NCBI GenBank assembly: GCA_963813025.1 | Contig: CAWEXO010000005.1 | Location: 256,001-320,000, forward strand | Reading direction: 5' to 3' | DNA: 64,000 bases | From: an uncultured Verrucomicrobiae bacterium | Lineage (GTDB): Bacteria; Verrucomicrobiota; Verrucomicrobiia; Chthoniobacterales; JAFAMB01 | Part shown: positions 53,750-63,952 of the stretch, piece after piece | Position numbering within the stretch: the stretch's first letter is position 1 | How the letters are laid out: every line of letters starts with the position of its first letter | Notes under the pieces: model-generated | What the model saw: the letters and a program-made list of their open reading frames with translations, nothing else | What the model was told of the DNA's origin: nothing | The model's database searches: none | Made by a program: the position numbers and the translations under genes

Positions 53750-54127
53750 TTACCTCAGTGCTTCCCTGATAAGCAGCTCGACCGGCTTGAACGGCACCTT
53801 GTCCAACTGGTGACGCTCGGCAAGGTACTCCGGCGCGTTGTAGGTCAGCCAGACCTGGCCGTCAACCGACTCCCAGGCAAGAGCTTTGAGCGGCAGATCG
53901 AGCGCCAGCGAAGGAAACGCGTTCATCAAAGGCGTTCCCGCTTTTGGGTCGCCGAAAATCAGCAGCTCGGTTGGCCGCATTTCCAAACCAGCGTTGACAG
54001 CTTCGGCCCGCTGGTCGATCCGGGCGAAGATGCGCGCTCCTTTCGACTCCAGCAGGATCTCCAGCCGATCGATCGTTTCCTTGACCGGGTATGGACTAGG
54101 AAGATCAATAACACCTTTAGCGGCCAT
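53750..54127 (-). CDS. DUF302 protein
   Basis: SPY.V.ET..RL, IFARID, FG.PKAGTPLM, LDLPLK.L.W. Confidence 0.9.
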   Translation of the reverse strand: MAAKGVIDLPSPYPVKETIDRLEILLESKGARIFARIDQRAEAVNAGLEMRPTELLIFGDPKAGTPLMNAFPSLALDLPLKALAWESVDGQVWLTYNAPEYLAERHQLDKVPFKPVELLIREALR

Positions 54128-54219
54128 GGTAAAAGACGGGATCGTAACGTCTCCTTCGGCAGCAAGGCAATCATTGAGTTTGAGCCGCGCGCCAAATTGC
54201 CGACAATTTGTACTCAGGC

Positions 54220-55233
54220 ATGTCCGCAGAACCAGAGACGATGGCCGCGATGGTGCTGCATCACCCGCGCGCTCCCCTCCAGCTGGAGAGAGTAGTGATT
54301 CCACGCCCTGGTCCCGGGCAGGCGCTCGTCCGCGTGGAAGCTTGTGGGGTCTGCCGCACCGACTTGCACATCGTCGACGGTGAACTGGATAAACCAAAAC
54401 TGCCGTTGATCCTCGGGCATGAAATCGTGGGCACGGTCGTCAAAGGCAGCAGATTTGTCCCCGGTCAGCGAGTCGGTATCCCGTGGGTTGGTTCTACCTG
54501 CGGCCACTGCCGGTACTGCCGTCGGGGACAGGAAAATCTTTGCGAACGCGCCGAGTTTACCGGTTACACCCGGGACGGCGGGTATGCTGAATTCACGGTC
54601 GCCGATGAGCGATTTACGTTTCCGCTTCCGGCGGAATACGCCGTACCGGCGGTGGCCGCTCCCCTGCTTTGCGCGGGCTTGATCGGCTACCGATCGCTCA
54701 CCCTCGCCGGGCCCGCTGAACGCGTCAAACGATTGGGCCTCTATGGGTTTGGCGCTGCCGCTCACCTGGTTTTGCCGGTCGCTCGTTATCGGGGTCAGGA
54801 AATCTATACTTTTTCGCGGCCCGGTCGCACCGCCAATCAGGATTTCGCTCGACAATTGGGAGCGGTTTGGGCCGGGAGTTCAGACCAGATGCCGCCCGAA
54901 CCCCTCGACGCGGCGATCATTTTCGCTCCAACAGGTTCCTTGATTCCTCTGGCGCTGCGGGCGGTGGACAAGGGCGGCATCGTTGTCTGTGGAGGAATTC
55001 ACATGAGTCCGATCCCGAGTTTTTCGTACGACTTGCTCTGGGAGGAACGCGTCCTGCGTTCGGTCGCCAATCTCACCCGCCAGGATGCAACAGAATTTCT
55101 GGAAGTGGCGAGGTCGGCTCGCCTGCAACCGGAAATCGAACGGTTCCCTCTCGGCGAGGCCAACGAGGCGTTGGCTCATTTGCGGGCTGGCAAGGTGCGA
55201 GGCGCAGCAGTTCTCGTCGTGTCCGATGACTGA
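54220..55233 (+). CDS. Zinc-dependent alcohol dehydrogenase
   Basis: CGVCRTDLH, GHE, CG.C.YC...C, LCAG, GFG. Confidence 0.93.
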   Translation: MSAEPETMAAMVLHHPRAPLQLERVVIPRPGPGQALVRVEACGVCRTDLHIVDGELDKPKLPLILGHEIVGTVVKGSRFVPGQRVGIPWVGSTCGHCRYCRRGQENLCERAEFTGYTRDGGYAEFTVADERFTFPLPAEYAVPAVAAPLLCAGLIGYRSLTLAGPAERVKRLGLYGFGAAAHLVLPVARYRGQEIYTFSRPGRTANQDFARQLGAVWAGSSDQMPPEPLDAAIIFAPTGSLIPLALRAVDKGGIVVCGGIHMSPIPSFSYDLLWEERVLRSVANLTRQDATEFLEVARSARLQPEIERFPLGEANEALAHLRAGKVRGAAVLVVSDD

Positions 55234-55455
55234 AGGAGGCGCCTCAGTCGATCGCCGCGACGAGCCCGCTCAGCTCATCAGGGCGTCGGCGCCGAGAATG
55301 GCTTGCAACATGACTCCGGTCCGGTTTCGGTAGTGATGAGCTCCTGGATGAGCTCCCGACTACGGACAAGCCTTCGTCGCGGCCCGGATGTGGAAGGGCC
55401 TCAAATCAAACGCTTCAGCGGAGGGCGCGCCGTAACATTGCGGAGGTGGCCGGCT

Positions 55456-55740
55456 CGGTAGGGATGAGCTCCTGCTCGTCCGGATCGAAGAAGTGATCCA
55501 ACACCGAGGAGGTCAAGCGGGAGCTTGCCCCTACCGACCTTGGGTGTTGGGCGACAGCCTCTTTATTCGAGCCGTTTTCGGAGTGGCGTGAAGGACGAGG
55601 AGCGACGGACTGCAACAGTTGCGGTAGGGATGAGCTCCGCTCGTCCAGATCGAAGAAGTGATCCAACACTAAGGAGGTCAAGCGCCAGATTGCCCCTACC
55701 GACCTTGGGTGTTGGGCGACAATCTCTTTCTATTCGAGCC
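55456..55740. repeat. Two tandem REP/REPIN-like units of about 120 bp
   Basis: CGGTAGGGATGAGCTCC...GGAGGTCAAGCG...CCCTACCG at 55456 and 55622. Confidence 0.85.
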
Positions 55741-55946
55741 TCGAGCGAGAACTTGTTTGATGCGCCATGGCTTTAGCAATGTCTCGCGTCCGTGTTGAAC
55801 CCGCCTTGTCGGGATCCCTTTGAACCGATATTACAACTTTTAATTGACATGTTATATCATGACTGGTTTATATCGCTACATGATTATTCAATGTTACCTA
55901 TTTGCTTTGATTTTACTCATCGCCATCCACCCTCAGCTTCGCCTCG

Positions 55947-57044
55947 ATGCTGTCCAACCACGGCCTGCTTATGCCCGCTAGTTCCGCGCCGCCGCGGCCC
56001 GAGATGGTTGCCGCGGTCGCGGCCGCCCTCAATGACCTGGAAAAAATTGCGCCTGATCCCTCGGTAGTGGGCGCCTGCCCGGAACTGCCCGGGATTGTGC
56101 TTGACCGCGTCGTGGGCTCGGTCCGTTCTCATCAGGATCCTGCTTACCTCGATACGGTTCGGGATTATAACCTGATACGCGCCGAGTATTTGAAAGCGTT
56201 AGTGGCGCATCCGGTCGGCCGGTCGCTGGCGCTCCTCGCCGTTGGACCAGAAGGGGTTGCCCTCCTCGAGAGCGGCCGAATGCCGACCATGGTTTCCGAC
56301 GTCGCGACTGCCCGCGGCCCTGCCCCCAGAACCCGTCGGGAACAGTACAACTGTCACCATATCATTCCCAAGAGCCTGAGTGTGCCCGGTGCCAATCAGG
56401 TCCTCAATACTCCCGGAAATTTTGCGATCACGAAAACGGCGCGACGCGGGCGTGACCAATCACAAAATCCCCACCACTGCTGGCACGCTCTGCTTCTCCA
56501 TCCGCAGACCCAAAATGCCCCGGACCGACCGATCCCGATTTATGTCGTGCGACCGCTTTTCCCGTTTTATCCGCCCCTGACTCAAGGCTACCGAACCAGC
56601 GAGGAGCTAAGAGCTAAACTGCAAGTTCTGGGAGCGCCGCCGTTGCCCGAGATCTGGGAAAAGCGTCTGCTCGAGTTTTCTCGTGCCGCCAAGCATAAAC
56701 CTTATGAAGTGCCCAAAGAGTTTCAGGAAATCACCCGGCTCTTCGGCGATCTCTACCTGACGAGAAACAAGGATCCCATTGTCAACGAAGCCTGCCGAAA
56801 CGCTTTGGCGGAGAAGGCGGCGAAACAGGCGGCTGATTGGCTGCCGGCCGGAGCCTGCGTGAACGGGCAGGAACTGCCGGCAAATCATTGCCCTAAAAGA
56901 AAACTTCCGATTATCGAGTCGCGAATTTCAGAAGAAACTGAGAAGGAGGTTTCCAATCAGATTGATCAGCAAAAGAAGCGCCGTCCCAAACGAATCCCGA
57001 AAGCCAGCGTTACCACCACTAACAAACCAAAACTATGCCCTTGA
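55947..57044 (+). CDS. HNH-type nuclease toxin-like protein
   Basis: YN.IR.EYLK.L...GR.P...YNCHHIIP...N...N...PHH..H; overlaps the downstream SUKH gene. Confidence 0.7.
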   Translation: MLSNHGLLMPASSAPPRPEMVAAVAAALNDLEKIAPDPSVVGACPELPGIVLDRVVGSVRSHQDPAYLDTVRDYNLIRAEYLKALVAHPVGRSLALLAVGPEGVALLESGRMPTMVSDVATARGPAPRTRREQYNCHHIIPKSLSVPGANQVLNTPGNFAITKTARRGRDQSQNPHHCWHALLLHPQTQNAPDRPIPIYVVRPLFPFYPPLTQGYRTSEELRAKLQVLGAPPLPEIWEKRLLEFSRAAKHKPYEVPKEFQEITRLFGDLYLTRNKDPIVNEACRNALAEKAAKQAADWLPAGACVNGQELPANHCPKRKLPIIESRISEETEKEVSNQIDQQKKRRPKRIPKASVTTTNKPKLCP

Positions 57045-57631
57045 ACAAAAAATATTTGAAAGAACTCAGTGAGCGCTTTGTGCGCGATCTCCGCAACTCG
57101 GAGTCGTACCGCAACTTGAGCGCCGAACAACGCCACGAACTGGAAATCCGCCTCGACCGGGAAACGGTTCGGGGCGCCTATCCCCTGATTCCAGGAGCAA
57201 CCGAGCACGACTTGGAAAAAGCCGCCGAGACGCTTCAATCCCGGCTTGGCATTGGACTGCCGGGGTCTCTCCGCGAGGTCTTGCGAACCATTGATGGCTT
57301 TATCGAGAACGGCGTCGTGCTCTATGGTGTGGACCATGAAATTCGGGAGGACGGATTCGATTCCGGCCCCGGACTCATTGAAGAAACCGAGAACCTGTGG
57401 GCGAGCCTGCCCGAAACCGCCGGCCGCTACCTTTTCATTGGAGATTCTGATTTGTGGTGGTTCACCTGTGACTACGCCCTTGGGACATTCGTAGTTTTGA
57501 GCAAAGACTCTCTTCAACCAGTCTTCCAGTTCCAGGACGCTACCGAACTCGTAAACGATATGCTCCGCCAGACGCTCAACGACTTCGACGAGAAAGAACC
57601 AGAACCGGTGAAAAATTTCTCGCTTAACTGA
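57035..57631 (+). CDS. SMI1/KNR4 (SUKH, YrhA-like) immunity protein
   Basis: GATE..L......LG..LP.SLRE.L...DG...NG..LYG, YLFIGDSD. Confidence 0.8.
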   Translation: MPLNKKYLKELSERFVRDLRNSESYRNLSAEQRHELEIRLDRETVRGAYPLIPGATEHDLEKAAETLQSRLGIGLPGSLREVLRTIDGFIENGVVLYGVDHEIREDGFDSGPGLIEETENLWASLPETAGRYLFIGDSDLWWFTCDYALGTFVVLSKDSLQPVFQFQDATELVNDMLRQTLNDFDEKEPEPVKNFSLN

Positions 57632-57673
57632 GCAGCCTACATCGATCGCAAATCCCTCAGGGATCTGCGAGCG

Positions 57674-58117
57674 ATGCATACTGAGACTTTTTTGGCAGTT
57701 TACGGAACTTTGCGACGCGCCTTTGTTGCGCAGCGTGGATTTACGATTGCAAAACACCTGCGCTTTTGGGGGTACGGAGTCGCGCGGGGAAAGCTGGTTT
57801 GGCAGAATGGTTTTCCGGCGCTGATTGACTGCCCGGGGAATGTAATAGTGGAAATTTTTCGGGTCGCAGACCCGTCCGTTTGGGCAGCGCTGGATTGCTA
57901 TGAGGGGTTTTTCCCTGGGAACCACCGCCGCTCACTTTTCATTCGCCGGACCACGCGTCTTCTCCATCCTGAGATAGACGTCAGTCTCTACTTTCTCGGA
58001 CACGCTGTGCCGCGCGGTTCCTCCATCGGGAGGGGGGCGCAACGTCCGGAAACTGTCGCGGCTCAAAATAAAGACTGTCTCGCGCCATCATTTTTGCTCT
58101 ATCGCGCGGCCACGTGA
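57674..58117 (+). CDS. Gamma-glutamylcyclotransferase-family protein
   Basis: VYGTLRR, FPAL, LD.YEG. Confidence 0.85.
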   Translation: MHTETFLAVYGTLRRAFVAQRGFTIAKHLRFWGYGVARGKLVWQNGFPALIDCPGNVIVEIFRVADPSVWAALDCYEGFFPGNHRRSLFIRRTTRLLHPEIDVSLYFLGHAVPRGSSIGRGAQRPETVAAQNKDCLAPSFLLYRAAT

Positions 58118-58185
58118 GCAAAGCGCGACAGCTTCGAGTCTGGAAGACGTTCTATTGGTCTTCAAGGGAGAGGTAAAGGTGAATC

Positions 58186-58221
58186 TGCGTCCGGCGGGGA
58201 TCGAACCCACAACCTCTGGCT
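58186..58221 (-). tRNA. 3' half of a tRNA (probably Arg); duplicated att core, not a complete gene
   Basis: Minus strand AGCCAGAGGTTGTGGGTTCGATCCCCGCCGGACGCA contains the T-arm GGTTCGATCC and the 3' acceptor strand; no D-arm or 5' half upstream. Confidence 0.75.
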
Positions 58222-59168
58222 ATGAATTACGACCTTTGTCTGTTGAATGATGTTGAATCCTGCTAGGGACGGTGGGATTCGGTTGAAGGTGGTTTGTTAC
58301 GCCATGTCACGGTATTCTGCCGCCAAGAAAGCTTGATTTTTTATACTGTCCAGTAGTTGCGGGCCTCGCACTTTCTGATAATCTTCCCACGGTGGATCAA
58401 CGACAATAACGTCAAATACGCCCGATGTATCTTGCGGTGATCTGGACAGCTGATCAGGGATCGACCGCCATACCCGCCTGCTTTTTTCGCCGGCGTTTTT
58501 CACAAGATATTTGCCGTTTTCGTCCGTATTGGTACTTATATGCAAGCGCTATGCATTGACATGCTCGGCGTATGCGTCACGATAGAAATTGCCAGATGGA
58601 ATTCCTTCGAAAAATCCACAGGGTTTCCGAGTCCATGCGAAAGGAGCGCTGCAATCAGCCGTCACGCACCTCCGCAGAGGCTTACGCCCAGATGGAACGT
58701 ATGAAGGCGTCCCCGAAGGTGAAGTTTCGTCCCACCAACAACGGGCCTCGAATACGCTAACGTCCGATTAGAAGCAGCTATTCCATTCCGTGCCCCTCCG
58801 AGAAACCCCAGTATTAAGCCGGTAGTTCTACCCCGGAGTTCTACTCGCGGGTCGGCCTTTAACCCCTTTACGACGATCGGGGCCACTACAACGCATTGCA
58901 GCAAAAGAAACCTCCACCTTTGGTCCTGCAGGCAGCTTTGGCGTAAGGGCATTTCTTACTCCCAAAGCACTAGTGGAGTAATACCAAGTGGTATTGAATG
59001 CTCATTGACTTCCAATAGGCGATGGACGGTAAATGTATTTGTCACTTCCAGCGACCTTTGACCAAAGGCGTTGTTCCTTTTGCCCCCAGCGACACTAATG
59101 TTACTGGGCGACGTGAGAAAATTCCGAAGCAGGTCGTTAAAGCGACGAGTCCTAAACCGGAGGAAACA

Positions 59169-59624
59169 ATGAAAGTTCGCTTACTTCTTACGCTGGCAGC
59201 ACTTAGCTGTGCTGTACCTGCCCTAAGGGCAGAGGACACCATGAAGGCCATAAGGGCTGATCAGATCGTTTGGCAAAATGACACTACGTTTAAAGGGCTA
59301 CAATACGCCAACTTGCTCGGTGATCCCGCGAAAGCCGAACTAATCGTTAGCGTCGTAAAGTTGCCGCCTAATTTTAAGATTCCGCTGCATACCCATCCTT
59401 GGTCGGAAGTCCTTACTATTCTGAGCGGATCTTTAGGGAATGCCAGTACCGATACGGAGAAAGGGGAGATGTTACCGGCGGGATCGGTTTTAGTAATGCC
59501 TGCCAATCACGCTCATCGGATCTTCACAACCGACCAGGAGACGGTCTTCCAGTTTTTCTATACCGGGCCGTTCGAGATGAGCTTCGTTAATCCGGCGGAC
59601 GATCCGCGTAAAAAAGCCCAATAA
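59169..59624 (+). CDS. Exported cupin-domain protein
   Basis: Signal peptide, GDP.K, P.HTHP..E..T.LSG, P.NH.H. Confidence 0.88.
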   Translation: MKVRLLLTLAALSCAVPALRAEDTMKAIRADQIVWQNDTTFKGLQYANLLGDPAKAELIVSVVKLPPNFKIPLHTHPWSEVLTILSGSLGNASTDTEKGEMLPAGSVLVMPANHAHRIFTTDQETVFQFFYTGPFEMSFVNPADDPRKKAQ

Positions 59625-59793
59625 CCAAATACGCCTCCAGCGGTCGCGTCGCCCAGTCCAGCTTGAGACTTCGCCTACACCGACAGAAACACCACAGGTT
59701 TTGCCAAGTCCGGTTCGTCACTGGGGACGGTGAGAAAATTCCGAAGTAGGCCATCCGCGACAAACGATCCTAAATCCGCCGCCGAGAGAAAAC

Positions 59794-60287
59794 ATGAAAG
59801 CCCGCTCAGTAGTTGCCCTTGTAGGATTAGCAATCAGCTTTGCTTTGCCGATCTTTAGCCAAGAGAAAGAAGGGGCAAATCCCTTTCTGTATCGCGCCAT
59901 CCTCGCGACCCCCCAACTTGCCCAGCAACTCGACCCGATCAATTCGCAGTGGGACGAGGCATTTAACAGGCACGATGCAGTCGCCGTCGCAGCGTTCTAC
60001 ACCGCAAAAGCGAATCTAGTGTCGCCGCTGGGAATATTTTCCGGTCGGGAGGCCATCGAAAAGCATTTCACAGACGTGTTTCAACGTATCCTTCCGATCA
60101 ATTAGGAAAAATCAGTTATGTCTATGCCTTTGGTGACGATTTATGCGCAATTGGAGGGTGGACCGTGACTGTTAACCAAGCGACGCGCCCGATCCAAGGC
60201 GGGGGCTATCTGATACGTGTGTATACCCGTGTGCGCGATACTTGGAAGATTCGTCTGCAAGTGGATAAGTATATGACAGGTCCGTAA
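59794..60287 (+). pseudogene. Exported NTF2/SnoaL-like protein, frameshifted near 60100
   Basis: MKARSVVALVGLAISFALP, EAFN.HDA.AVAA.Y, GREAIEK; continues in another frame to ..RDTWKIR. Confidence 0.8.
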
Positions 60288-60394
60288 CTCGATCGGATGA
60301 CTCTGCAAATTTGCATCTTGATTCTCCGATGACTCAGCGAAGGAATATTCCTAACACTTTCATAAGAGGATATAGGACTATAAATACCAAAGGG

Positions 60395-60700
60395 CAGTAT
60401 TGTGCCATCCAGAACCAACAAGGTTCGACGATACGTTATCAGTTTTGCCAGCCTTTCGCCCTTCTCCCACGCCGTTCCTAACTTTGGATCTGGATCACCA
60501 AACGAAGTGAGAGCAGCCTCAAGAAATTCATCCGCGGATGAAGCCCCCGCCACTGGTTCCTTGTCTGTAGAAGGACCAACCAAAAACAAGCTCTGCAGAA
60601 CGATAATGTTTTAGCGGCCATCCGGCGGAGCCAATGATTAACGAGTGTGGACTTCCTGACCCCGGCCCAGGCAACGATTGTAACGATGTTATACGTATGA
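60395..60700 (-). pseudogene. STAND/NACHT-type NTPase fragment
   Basis: IVAWAGVRKSTLV (degenerate Walker A), FGWSFY.QG, LLVLDG (Walker B); multiple frameshifts. Confidence 0.7.
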
Positions 60701-61146
60701 AAGAATCTCTCCTCGGGCACGAAGAAGCGTGTCGGAGATGGCGCATTCTCGAATCGTGGACAAGTCGCGAGAAGCTAATCCTTCCTCCATTTTTTCAAGC
60801 TGAGAGGCCCGGAGGTCGCGAACATGATGTTCGGTTCGACCAAGGCCTTTGGTACAAGTTCACTAAGCCTTGGTGTGCAGGCTATACGGTCGATGCAAGC
60901 CACGATCAGATTTGCATGCTTCCCGCAACCCCGCTCCAATACCTACTAAGATGGCGGATCGCCAACAAGGAACTCGGGGACAACGTCCGGTTAATGGGTA
61001 TCGCAAAATCGAACGCGGGATGCAGGCTTGTGATTTCTCAGCCCGATATTGTGGGTGAGGAGCCTTCGTGGGAGCAGGTCGACCACCTATTCACAGCCGA
61101 ATACGGCATGAATCGGTCCGATTATCTGAGCAGCCTAACCATCTGA
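60697..61146 (+). pseudogene. Polyvalent-protein-type kinase-like domain, truncated
   Basis: GG.EH.V, K.T, ATPLQYL.R....N...GD.V...G, VISQP; the C-terminal catalytic part is missing. Confidence 0.6.
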
Positions 61147-61321
61147 AAATCTGAAAGGGATAATCGGTGCCTACTTCTGCCCTCCTGGCTTCTTCCTCGG
61201 CCTGCCTTTGGGCCATCCGCCCAGCTTGCCGATACGGGACATTTCTTTGGGATCTTTCTTTTTAGCTTGGCTGCGAACACTGCCAAGCTGCCTAGCGACC
61301 TCGCGCCGCACCGGCGTTTGC

Positions 61322-61831
61322 TCAGCCCCGAGAAAGCAACTCGAAGCTCAGGGCATAATTGTAAAGCTTAAAGCAGCGTTTGGGAGAATCCCGCATTAAT
61401 CCCAGTGCCATATTACATGGATGGCACAGAAGGGAACGCACCCCGTTTGTTGCATGGCAATGATCAGTTACCGGTTTGAGCTTGTCGGTAAACTTGTCAC
61501 TGCAGCTATGCACCCACATGGGGCTTAACACCTTTGTGCTAGTCCCTGTACCGGGACCTGCCCAGCCTTGCATTACAAATGAAGCCTGAACAGTCATGCC
61601 CGCCTTTACAGGAAAGGTTCGTCTAAATAATCCTTCCGGATCTGCGAGGCTTAATTCCAAGGTGTATGCATGAGTGTCGTCCGAGAACGATTCTTTGTAG
61701 CAGAGGTTAAGCAGATGATTTGTTACCAGTGCCGTCCAGTCATTTCCCGCAACAGCGATAGACAAAGACACCTTCCGTGCTGGCTGGGCCAGCGTTCCGA
61801 TGATTGAGTCGGTTAAACTAGGTGCAGCCAT
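61322..61831 (-). pseudogene. Phage tail (late control D-like) N-terminus fused to an endonuclease VII C-terminus
   Basis: Follows the tape measure gene; LEL.LADP..; then DHCH.T..VR.LLC..CN.ALG. Confidence 0.65.
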
Positions 61832-61837
61832 GCTCAG

Positions 61838-63952
61838 CTAGACAACCGCTTCAGACGCCATCCCCCACTTATGGTGTCTACTAAGATAATCGGAAAAAGT
61901 TTGTATATGTTCAGTCAAAACCCGATGAACCCCGGAACTGTCCATTGCGCTGACCACAGGTGCATAACGAATGTGCACTTGCGTGCCTTTAAATATGTCT
62001 TCGTTCGACGGATTCCCACTGCCGGTTGTGTCCTTCCAGGTATGGTATTGGTTATCCTTGTCACTCTTATAGCGGTCGCCGGGCTTAATTCCGTAATGCC
62101 TGATCGCATAATCGGGCTTCATCGCTGCGTCGCCAGTTTGCAAGCTGTATTGCTTGCCCAGAATATGACCGATGCCGTTGAACGAGTCCTTGTCGTAGTA
62201 CGCCGATCCCTTTGGATCAATTGCGGGACCGTATTCGGTAAAGTCAGAAGTGCTTCCGTGCGCCTGAAGCCCTTGACCTGGAACATAACCGTTGCCCTGA
62301 CCGCGACCCTGAGGAAGCGCGTCCCGAAGCTGCTGCATGCTATTAGTTAATTGATCAACCGTGTCCTTTTGCCGCTGTTCCGCGTCAATTAGACTTTGTT
62401 TAGCATTCTGAATGTCAGCGTCATTTGCGCCAGCGTTTATCAAAGAATTGAGTTTGTCTTGCGCGTCACGAATCTGTTGCGATTGTACAAACGGAGGCGC
62501 ACTGGCGTTCTCTGGCGCTTCTGGTCCGTGCACCTTTCCGGAATACTTGTCCCAGTCTTCCCAGAACTTTTTTATGTCATGCGATTTAAAGTCCGCATAA
62601 AGTTCTGTGATCGCTTTTAGTGTAGTAAACGCTTCAACAAAAAAGTCTTTCATCCCTTGCCATGAAGCCTTGGCTAAATCCTGAACTAAACTAGACGTTA
62701 CCAACTTAGACATTTCGGCCAGAACGTCCGTCATGTTCTTGACAATGGTCCGCACCGCCCCGACGCCAGTGTCATTTAACGCAAGCACGTTACCTTGGTT
62801 AGGAATTTCGACGGTCGTAAAAAACGAATTGACGTACTTGGTAAAGCTACGGATGGACCCCTGAAATGCGTCAATGAACGGCTTGAACTTGCCAAAAATT
62901 TCTGTGGACGGCAGGGTTGTTAGGACCGAAAGCACAGACTTGGACATTTGCCTGAAATGACCCATCCAGGAAGTAGCTTGGTTCCACATGTCATTGTTAA
63001 CCGCAAAATCCGCAGCGACAGCGGCCCAGTCATTGATTACTTCACCAAAATTTGCCTGGAATTTATGCCAGACATCGAGGAACGAAGTCTCTAAGCCGAC
63101 CATCGTCTTAGAGAAGTTTAGCATCCCATCGTGGAATATTCCGCCCGAATCGGTCATTTGCTTGACCATCTGCATGACCACATCAGCAGTGACCTTGCCC
63201 TGCTTTTGCATCTTGGCCAGTTCCTCTGGGCCTTTCGCCCCTAGAATCTGCGCTAGGGTTTTCTCATACGGAATTCCTAAATCCTTTAACTCGCGGCCTT
63301 CCTGGCCAGTCATTCTTCCGCCGGCTATAATCTTACCAAACGCCAGTGCTGCCCTCTCCATGGCTTCAGCCCCGCCACCAACACCCGCCACGATGTCGCC
63401 AGAGCGTTTCGTCAGCCATTCGGCCATGTTGGCATCAGCCCCTGCTGCAACGTATCGTTTGACGGTCTGTTGCAAATCAGTGGCCTGGAATGGCGACAGA
63501 ATGGCCGTTGCTTGTTGCCGTTCCATAATAGCATTAGCCAATCCTTGATCGCCAAGAATGTTTCCCAGACCTTTAGACATTAACTCGCGCTTGGCCGCCA
63601 GCTCGCTGGCTTGGTGCCCAAATTCTATTAACTTTTCTCCGATCCTCTCCGCAACCCCCAGCGCTCTCTCGAACCCGGACGCGAGTAAATCACCGACCGC
63701 GACACCGCCGGCTATCTCTCCGATCCGCCGCATGGAGGCGCCAAGTTGTTGCGACATGGATTGCGTGACCCGGATTCTGGCATTCAGCTGTTGAACAGCA
63801 GCCGCATCGCCGTAAATAGCTTTTTCATTCTTTTTCCACTCCTGTGATAATTTCCGAATGTACTCAGCACCCCTTGCCATGGCTGCGACCACGGACGGAT
63901 CAATGTGACCAGTCAGTAGGATCTGAGTATCAAGAACTTTCGAATTTGCCAT
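61838..63952 (-). CDS. Phage tape measure protein
   Basis: SPF...L, GD..AG, A.AFG.I..G...G.E..L...GIP, G.F..GM...S.T..G..S tape-measure motifs; 704 aa. Confidence 0.85.
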   Translation of the reverse strand: MANSKVLDTQILLTGHIDPSVVAAMARGAEYIRKLSQEWKKNEKAIYGDAAAVQQLNARIRVTQSMSQQLGASMRRIGEIAGGVAVGDLLASGFERALGVAERIGEKLIEFGHQASELAAKRELMSKGLGNILGDQGLANAIMERQQATAILSPFQATDLQQTVKRYVAAGADANMAEWLTKRSGDIVAGVGGGAEAMERAALAFGKIIAGGRMTGQEGRELKDLGIPYEKTLAQILGAKGPEELAKMQKQGKVTADVVMQMVKQMTDSGGIFHDGMLNFSKTMVGLETSFLDVWHKFQANFGEVINDWAAVAADFAVNNDMWNQATSWMGHFRQMSKSVLSVLTTLPSTEIFGKFKPFIDAFQGSIRSFTKYVNSFFTTVEIPNQGNVLALNDTGVGAVRTIVKNMTDVLAEMSKLVTSSLVQDLAKASWQGMKDFFVEAFTTLKAITELYADFKSHDIKKFWEDWDKYSGKVHGPEAPENASAPPFVQSQQIRDAQDKLNSLINAGANDADIQNAKQSLIDAEQRQKDTVDQLTNSMQQLRDALPQGRGQGNGYVPGQGLQAHGSTSDFTEYGPAIDPKGSAYYDKDSFNGIGHILGKQYSLQTGDAAMKPDYAIRHYGIKPGDRYKSDKDNQYHTWKDTTGSGNPSNEDIFKGTQVHIRYAPVVSAMDSSGVHRVLTEHIQTFSDYLSRHHKWGMASEAVV

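Noticed and set aside
55456..55740. Direct repeats as a possible CRISPR array
   Set aside because: Only two long (about 120 bp) degenerate units, no regular spacers and no cas genes; they fit REP elements.
56966..57925. 319-aa minus-strand ORF
   Set aside because: Shadow of the SUKH and gamma-glutamylcyclotransferase genes.
58186..58260. Complete tRNA gene
   Set aside because: The 5' half and D-arm are absent.
59620..59730. Possible integron attC after the cupin gene
   Set aside because: TAAC...CTCCAGCGG is suggestive, but the spacing is off, no matching GTTRRRY end is seen and there is no integrase.
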